A stretch of DNA of 64,000 nucleotides from a virus, in the IMG/VR virus record IMGVR_UViG_3300035105_000276, positions 1-64,000 of that record, one strand, 5' to 3'. Made by a program: the position numbers and the translations under genes. Positions 58,321 through 64,000 of this stretch are shown here, piece by piece. The notes beneath the pieces are model-generated. The model made no database searches. It was not told the origin of the DNA and saw only the letters and a list, made by a program, of their open reading frames with translations. Every line of letters starts with the position of its first letter. Position 1 is the first letter of the stretch.

Positions 58321-58705
58321 GCAAAAACCCCTTTCTCAGGGCCTGTTTCAGCATCTCACTGACCACCCCTGTTTCTCGATATTTCACCACAATCGCCCGC
58401 TTCTTCGGGGTCATAAAATTTTTCTCTATCTCCTGCACCAGGGCCTCCACCTGAGTAGAGTCTTTTAAAGTTTCTTCAAACAACTGCTTCTCCTCCTCAG
58501 CCAGCATCTCAGCTTCCGCCTTTTCCCGGGCTTCCCGGGCTTCCCGTGAAATACGGGCCTGCCGTTCCTGCGGAAGTTCATACCCTGCCGGCCGTGACAC
58601 CCCGCCTTTTTTCAGGCAGGAGACGCAGGTCATTGTTTTGCCCACGCCTCCCTTGTAGTTGGATATTGCCCCAACAAACCCTCTGCCAGTTTCTTTTGTA
58701 AGCAT
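58313..58705 (-). CDS. Hypothetical protein with a ParA-like Walker A fragment
   Basis: 'AISNYKGGVGKT' followed by an unrelated coiled-coil. Confidence 0.5.
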   Translation of the reverse strand: MLTKETGRGFVGAISNYKGGVGKTMTCVSCLKKGGVSRPAGYELPQERQARISREAREAREKAEAEMLAEEEKQLFEETLKDSTQVEALVQEIEKNFMTPKKRAIVVKYRETGVVSEMLKQALRKGFLRE

Positions 58706-58796
58706 GACAGTACCTATTCAATTATTGGTTAACCAGCTTTTCCCCAGTTATCACCAAGAATACCAGCTGTCAAGCATTTTCATGCTACAGTTTGAT

Positions 58797-59399
58797 TCAC
58801 ATATACTTTTTAATTTCCTTTTCTATCTTGGAAACATCCATGGGAATCCCACGTACAAGCAGATTTACATGAGATCTTCTACCCCTTTGATACATTTCAA
58901 CTCCCAGCACTTTGTTATCTACCATCGTCCTCAAAGTGACACACAGACCAACCAGTTCAATAGTTTTAGCCTCCCAACTTGCCTTTTCCAGCCGGGATTC
59001 CACCTTCACCTTGTACCGTGTGTACACGTCGAGCCCTTCCGATGCAAAGTCCTTGATATAAATCTGGGATAAAAGCCGCTGCACCCTTCTACCGAATCTG
59101 AGATAAATCTCATCAGATGTACAGTCCAGGCTGTACGGGAACCAGTACAGCCACCCTGCAATCACCATGTCTTTGGTGCACCCGGGAATAGATTTTAGAA
59201 TATGGGGTATCGCCGCTAATTCGAACCGGTAATTGTACAGGAAAAATTCAGGGTTTGCTTTTTCCCTTACAAAATCCTCCGCAGCTTTTTCAAGATGCTT
59301 TAAGATATCACACATGCCAGTTCCCCGGCATACCGGGCAGATAGTTCCGTAAGCAACCCCATCACCAGTACCGTCACAGAATTCACATTTATTTTTCAT
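58797..59399 (-). CDS. Hypothetical protein with DnaJ-type Zn motif
   Basis: CEFCDGTG...CPVCRGTG. Confidence 0.6.
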   Translation of the reverse strand: MKNKCEFCDGTGDGVAYGTICPVCRGTGMCDILKHLEKAAEDFVREKANPEFFLYNYRFELAAIPHILKSIPGCTKDMVIAGWLYWFPYSLDCTSDEIYLRFGRRVQRLLSQIYIKDFASEGLDVYTRYKVKVESRLEKASWEAKTIELVGLCVTLRTMVDNKVLGVEMYQRGRRSHVNLLVRGIPMDVSKIEKEIKKYM

Positions 59400-61206
59400 G
59401 GGAAATGCCCTGGTAATCTGCCAGAGCTTTGGCCAGAAATTTTATGAAATCGGGCAGCTTTTCTGCACCGGCCAGGCTGATGGACAGGTTGAGGTTGATG
59501 GTCTGAGTCTGGGCTGACTGATCTGGTGTAGGTGTGGTCTCAGTTACCGTCCCAGAATCTTGCACAGGCATTTCAACCCTTTGCGGACTCTCATCCGTAC
59601 TAAAATCAGGTACCGCTTTGATGTCTGTTGTACAAGACTCACACTGGGGTGGACACTCTGAACCCACTTCCGCTTTTACCCCTAATGCTGCCTGGACTTT
59701 TTCCGGGGTCGCTGGCGTCTCTTTACCTGGAGAAAACCAAGCTATTTCAGGGAAATAACGCCATGTTGCAGGGTATTTTTTCAGAGTTCGAAAAATATCA
59801 TGACTGGATCTTCTTCTGGATAAATACACGAGATCCGCAGTAGGTATGTCCCTTGCCTCTTTTACCAGAAAGTACGTACTAAAAGTAGTTCCCTCGTCTG
59901 CTTTCATATCTGCCAGTATTAATTTACCGAGGGGGTTTTTCCGTCGATCTGACCTTAATTCCCTTACTTTCTGGGTCAATAGGTATACTGATGCGAGCTT
60001 TGAACTTTGTTTTTTTGCGTACCGAGCAATGGTTGATGCAGAAGAAGGTTCCGTCAACTGCTTCATTACATCCAATACCATTTCAAACAACTCCGCAGTA
60101 CCAGGGCGGGGCATCTGCAGCTTACAGCTTAGCTCAGCATATGGGCCGATAAAATTTTGTACTTCAGGCATCTCCTGGTACAACTTCTCTGCAGAACGAG
60201 TGCTGCTGTCAACAATGATGCCTGATAGGATTTCATAATCAACGGCACCAAAAATGCTGGATAATCGGTGCATTTTTTTATTTACTTGGGGCTCCCACTG
60301 ATGCAGGAGGCTACCCTGAAATATTTTTTCATTTACTTCCGTAATCTCATCTACAGCCAATGCTGCTGTAGAAGAGCTCATTTTTAAAAGCCTACTTATA
60401 TCATACGCTGAAACAAAATCCGGGCTATACAGCACTGACAGTACTTTTCTTATACTATCTGCACGTCCTGTGGTCTTCCCTGCAGGAGCTTTATCCCTGG
60501 CATCCATATATTTTTTCTTCCGAACCTTTTCCCATTCCAATACGTGGCCTTCGGGTTTAGGTATTTCTGCCTGTAAATCAGGTGGTAAACAGCTGTACAG
60601 ACTAGGGTACCTGGGGGCTATACCTTTCAAGAAATTCACATCTAATTTCTTAGAATGCCTTAGAAATAGGGATATCATGCTCAAAGGGGCAAATGCCATG
60701 GTATCCGTGAGAAATACCCCATAGAAAGAATTTTTGGCCTCTTTAATCTGTAAAATGCCCTGCCAGTCGTCACTTGACGCATTGTTAAAGATGTCCCTGT
60801 ACACTTCGACTGTATAAAATTTAGTGCCGAAAGCATCCCGTAGAATCTCCCTAATACCCTCCTCAGTATGTGGCTCAGGCAGGATGAGTACCGCGGCAAT
60901 CAGGTCTGCTACACTGAATTTTTTAACCGAATCCTTCATTTCCTGAATAATTTCTCTGTGCCTGCGAATACGTCTTTCCATCAGCACCTTTTCCTCAGAG
61001 TACACTATCGGCTTACTGCTCAATTCCACGTGGTCCGGTTCCAGCCTGTCCCGGTACTTGTTTATTCTCTTTCTAAGCTTATCCTTCTCTCTTAGTTCAT
61101 CCCGGCGTACAGCCGCAATCTCACTCCCGTGTGTCCTGTCTAAAAAATCCGATATAGGATCCCCTTCAAGAGTAACCCCTTGAAGGTCTTTTCGAGCCAA
61201 TGTCAT
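59389..61206 (-). CDS. Hypothetical protein (605 aa)
   Basis: Long ORF coupled (ATGA overlap) to the recombinase gene. Confidence 0.7.
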   Translation of the reverse strand: MTLARKDLQGVTLEGDPISDFLDRTHGSEIAAVRRDELREKDKLRKRINKYRDRLEPDHVELSSKPIVYSEEKVLMERRIRRHREIIQEMKDSVKKFSVADLIAAVLILPEPHTEEGIREILRDAFGTKFYTVEVYRDIFNNASSDDWQGILQIKEAKNSFYGVFLTDTMAFAPLSMISLFLRHSKKLDVNFLKGIAPRYPSLYSCLPPDLQAEIPKPEGHVLEWEKVRKKKYMDARDKAPAGKTTGRADSIRKVLSVLYSPDFVSAYDISRLLKMSSSTAALAVDEITEVNEKIFQGSLLHQWEPQVNKKMHRLSSIFGAVDYEILSGIIVDSSTRSAEKLYQEMPEVQNFIGPYAELSCKLQMPRPGTAELFEMVLDVMKQLTEPSSASTIARYAKKQSSKLASVYLLTQKVRELRSDRRKNPLGKLILADMKADEGTTFSTYFLVKEARDIPTADLVYLSRRRSSHDIFRTLKKYPATWRYFPEIAWFSPGKETPATPEKVQAALGVKAEVGSECPPQCESCTTDIKAVPDFSTDESPQRVEMPVQDSGTVTETTPTPDQSAQTQTINLNLSISLAGAEKLPDFIKFLAKALADYQGISHEK

Positions 61207-61772
61207 TCTGAATTCTCCCTTTCTTTACATGCCCTGTGAATGGTCGCCCGGCTTACATTGAATTCCTGGGCCAACCTGTTTTTTGAGTATCCATCGTTCC
61301 ACATATTTACAACGGCAATTTTATCGTCATCGGACAATGCCCTGGGACGACCCCAGACTTTGCCCTTTTTCTTACTCAAAGCGATGCCCTCTCTTTGCCT
61401 CTCCCGAATCAGTTCCCGCTCAAACTCTGCCACTGCACCAATTACATGTAGCAGCAAAGTAGAGAGTGGGTCCTGGGCGCTTTTCGAAAAAAGCAGATTT
61501 TCCTTATGAAATTTTACATCAATCCCCTGGTCAGTAAGAGAATCCACAATCTGTCGCAAATCCAATACACTTCTGGCTAGACGATCCATAGAATGCACAT
61601 GGAGTACATCCCCGTCCCGTATATAGTCCAGGCATGCCAGCCACCCGGGCCTGTCCTGCTGATTTACCCCAGACATTTTATCGGTGAATACTTTATCCAG
61701 TGCTACACCTTCCAACTGCCTGTCCGGATTCTGATCCACGCTGCTCACTCTCCGATATCCAATGTTTGCCAT
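61203..61772 (-). CDS. Serine recombinase (resolvase/invertase) with C-terminal HTH
   Basis: 'IGYRRVSSVDQNPDRQ', 'SMDRLARS', 'VAEFERELIRERQREGI', 'GRP', 'VSRATI'. Confidence 0.95.
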   Translation of the reverse strand: MANIGYRRVSSVDQNPDRQLEGVALDKVFTDKMSGVNQQDRPGWLACLDYIRDGDVLHVHSMDRLARSVLDLRQIVDSLTDQGIDVKFHKENLLFSKSAQDPLSTLLLHVIGAVAEFERELIRERQREGIALSKKKGKVWGRPRALSDDDKIAVVNMWNDGYSKNRLAQEFNVSRATIHRACKERENSE

Positions 61773-61913
61773 GGCTGGGTTCTCCCTATCAAAAGGTTAA
61801 AGTCTTTTTGATATACCATGAGTCAAAAACCGGTTCAACACTTTTGGACAGTATTGCCCGGGTGAGCCTGGCCCTTCTAGCTTTGGGTGTACCTTTTGGG
61901 CCCCCCCGGGGTG

Positions 61914-62315
61914 TTAGATATCAAAGGCATCATAGCCAGGTGGATCGGGTAACTGGCTCTCTACTACCTGCTTTTGCCTCGGCCTCTGAAGTTTTGAAGA
62001 AGACCCGTCCTCCTCAGAATGCCTCAACCCATCGGTTGAATCCGACTGACCCTCCCCTGGCAGTAGTGGAATCATTTCCAGCATCTGCTCCAGCTCATGC
62101 CTGAGAACACGTGTAGCCAGATTCTTGGCCTCAATCTCAGTCTTGGCGGATAGGACCCTGTTTTTTATCCTCAACCCCTGGCATTCAAGTTTGTACTCTT
62201 TTGTTTCTTCATAGAACACAAGCTCCACCAGGATAGGGAAGTCCCTGAAAATCCAGGAAGCTCCCTGCCCAGGCACAGAAGGGCCCACAGACCACACACC
62301 TGTCATGCTGTACAT
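61914..62315 (-). CDS. Hypothetical protein
   Basis: Overlaps the stop of the 5' nuclease gene. Confidence 0.5.
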   Translation of the reverse strand: MYSMTGVWSVGPSVPGQGASWIFRDFPILVELVFYEETKEYKLECQGLRIKNRVLSAKTEIEAKNLATRVLRHELEQMLEMIPLLPGEGQSDSTDGLRHSEEDGSSSKLQRPRQKQVVESQLPDPPGYDAFDI

Positions 62316-63280
62316 TGAACTCTCTCCAAAGTAGTGACAAGGTGGCCGTACCTGTCAGAAATTTCCCCAGCATCCGGCCAGTTAAACACTGAGAGAAAGC
62401 CTGGCAGATTTACCCTGCAAAGCCTTTCACTTTCTTCAGCTGTTTTTCGCAAAATGGAATCGTGGATCTCAGGAGGTATATAGTCAAAATCAATCAACAT
62501 CCGGTTTCTTCTGTACCTGTGACACAGGCCCTGCTTTTTTACGAAATCCTGAAGAGTCCCTTTGTCCAGAAGTTTCTGAGCTGTTTTAACACCGAATGGG
62601 GGTTTTCGCCTCCCAGTCCAATCTTCACTCGCCGCGGTTTTGATATTGAAAACATTATCCTTCCCGCCCTGGCCAGTCAAAACTGACAGCTCAAGGAAAT
62701 GCTCCACATCCTGGCACATTGTATTACACCCGGCAATTTTGAGTTCTTTCGGAAAAGTAACAAAACCCGGAGTAGGGGGCCGGCTGACATGAACATTTGG
62801 GTATTTCAACAGCTGCAGATAATCTGCATCAGCACTTTGGATATACACAGACTGTCCCCTCTCGGCGGACTGGGCTGTTAACACTGCAATAATATCGTCT
62901 GCTTCAGCCCCATGCACCTCCAGTATGTTGAGCGGGAGAAAAGCCCGCACTCTTTGTTTAAACTCATCCAGAGTGTAAAGCACTTTTTCCCAGGGTACAT
63001 TCGGATTCGGAACTCTGTCCGCTTTATATAAAGGATACTGGAATTTTCGCCAGTTAGGAGTTTTCATGTCACACGCCAGAATCACTTCTGCATGCACATT
63101 TTTCCATTCATGAATCATGGCCTCCAGTGCAAAATCCAAAACTCCCAGCAGTATCTCCTTCTGCCACGTAGACAGATCGATGAACCGGTAATCGGTGGCA
63201 TTAATCTTGGGTTTGAAAAGAGACCGCATGTACAGCCAGTTGAAGTCAATTAAAATCCTGGTTTTCAAATCAGTGGTCAT
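62303..63280 (-). CDS. 5'-3' exonuclease / T4 RNase H-like (FEN family)
   Basis: 'LIDFN', 'WRK..YPLYKADR', 'EADDIIA', 'SADADYLQL', 'GVKTAQKLL'. Confidence 0.9.
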   Translation of the reverse strand: MTTDLKTRILIDFNWLYMRSLFKPKINATDYRFIDLSTWQKEILLGVLDFALEAMIHEWKNVHAEVILACDMKTPNWRKFQYPLYKADRVPNPNVPWEKVLYTLDEFKQRVRAFLPLNILEVHGAEADDIIAVLTAQSAERGQSVYIQSADADYLQLLKYPNVHVSRPPTPGFVTFPKELKIAGCNTMCQDVEHFLELSVLTGQGGKDNVFNIKTAASEDWTGRRKPPFGVKTAQKLLDKGTLQDFVKKQGLCHRYRRNRMLIDFDYIPPEIHDSILRKTAEESERLCRVNLPGFLSVFNWPDAGEISDRYGHLVTTLERVQCTA

Positions 63281-63998
63281 AGACTTTCCCCTTGGTTCGC
63301 GTACACCTCAAGCCATATACACTTTGCTCAAGCCTGTCTACCCTCCTTGCAAGGTCAGACACATAGCTATACATGTCCTGTAGAAAGTCAGCTGAACTTT
63401 CACGGATGAGATCTTTCTCAGCCTCGGAATCGCCTTCGCTTTCGTCTGTTTCTGCCCACATCTCCTCTCCCGTGAAATATGCTTTGCAAACTTCCAGTGC
63501 ACCGGAAAGGGTATTTCCACGTTCAGGATCCACAAATGGGGCAGCACTGTCGATTACATCCACAAGAGTAGGTACCCCCTCGTGAGGAATAGAGATCACC
63601 CCATCTAACAGCAGGTACTCACATTGTTCTGCGTCTTCGAGTAGACTCACAATAATATTGTGCCCCTGATTCAAAGTATCTGCATGCCATGCGATATCCT
63701 TAAAATAATAGGTTATTGCCGGCTCATTGGCATTTGGGCCAAGCAGATACTCTGTGATACTCCGAACAGACCACCAAACCTTTTTGGATACCGTATTGAA
63801 GTACCCCTCGATTAAACATGAGTTTTCAAGTACTGTCGTACTAAACGGTACCCATGGCCCATCACCTACGGAAGGCGAAGTTCTGTTAACGGCAGGTTCC
63901 TCATCTTCGTTTTCGCCTTTTAAGTACGAAGAGGTCTGACTTATAGCATCAACCCAGGCAATATGCTCCACAAGGTTGTAAGCTCTGGGGGTACCCAT
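63270..63998 (-). CDS. Hypothetical protein (probably 5' truncated by window)
   Basis: Open frame to the window edge. Confidence 0.55.
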   Translation of the reverse strand: MGTPRAYNLVEHIAWVDAISQTSSYLKGENEDEEPAVNRTSPSVGDGPWVPFSTTVLENSCLIEGYFNTVSKKVWWSVRSITEYLLGPNANEPAITYYFKDIAWHADTLNQGHNIIVSLLEDAEQCEYLLLDGVISIPHEGVPTLVDVIDSAAPFVDPERGNTLSGALEVCKAYFTGEEMWAETDESEGDSEAEKDLIRESSADFLQDMYSYVSDLARRVDRLEQSVYGLRCTRTKGKVYDH

Positions 63999-64000
63999 AC

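Noticed and set aside
58313-58705. Functional ParA
   Set aside because: Only the Walker A segment is present; the rest of the ATPase fold is missing.
61203-61772. Tail-fibre inversion (Gin/Cin-type) system
   Set aside because: The recombinase is ~45 kb from the fibres, and I saw no inverted crossover sites or inverted fibre cassettes.
1-64000. Alternative genetic code (stop-codon reassignment)
   Set aside because: Long genes are intact under the standard code, and TAA, TAG and TGA all serve as apparent stops.

Overview
A 64-kb segment of a large, contractile-tailed (myovirus-like, probably jumbo) dsDNA phage. Plus-strand blocks encode virion and late functions: baseplate, two paralogous tail fibres, terminase, a probable portal, and a fused beta/beta'-type RNA polymerase. 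Minus-strand blocks encode replication and early functions: UDG-PolA, primase-helicase, ligase, nucleases, SNF2 and RecD-like helicases, RtcB, HU, a serine recombinase and a 5' nuclease. The most unusual element is a candidate split retron-like system. It comprises a retron-type reverse transcriptase with an atypical YSDN motif (18184-19566) and a translationally coupled partner gene. It also includes an ~850-nt non-coding, densely hairpinned region (23730-24600) that looks like two sequence-divergent but structurally parallel RNA units, directly beside an Sm/Hfq-fold gene. The link between the RT and this RNA is an inference. Other notable features are a bipartite late-promoter-like motif found four times with exact 16-nt spacing, a second early-promoter-like motif, and two phage sigma factors. 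There is also a 7x153-bp tail-fibre repeat with hypervariable codons, an IS200/IS605 (TnpB/omegaRNA) remnant and a candidate sRNA. All calls come from reading motifs by eye; no searches were run.
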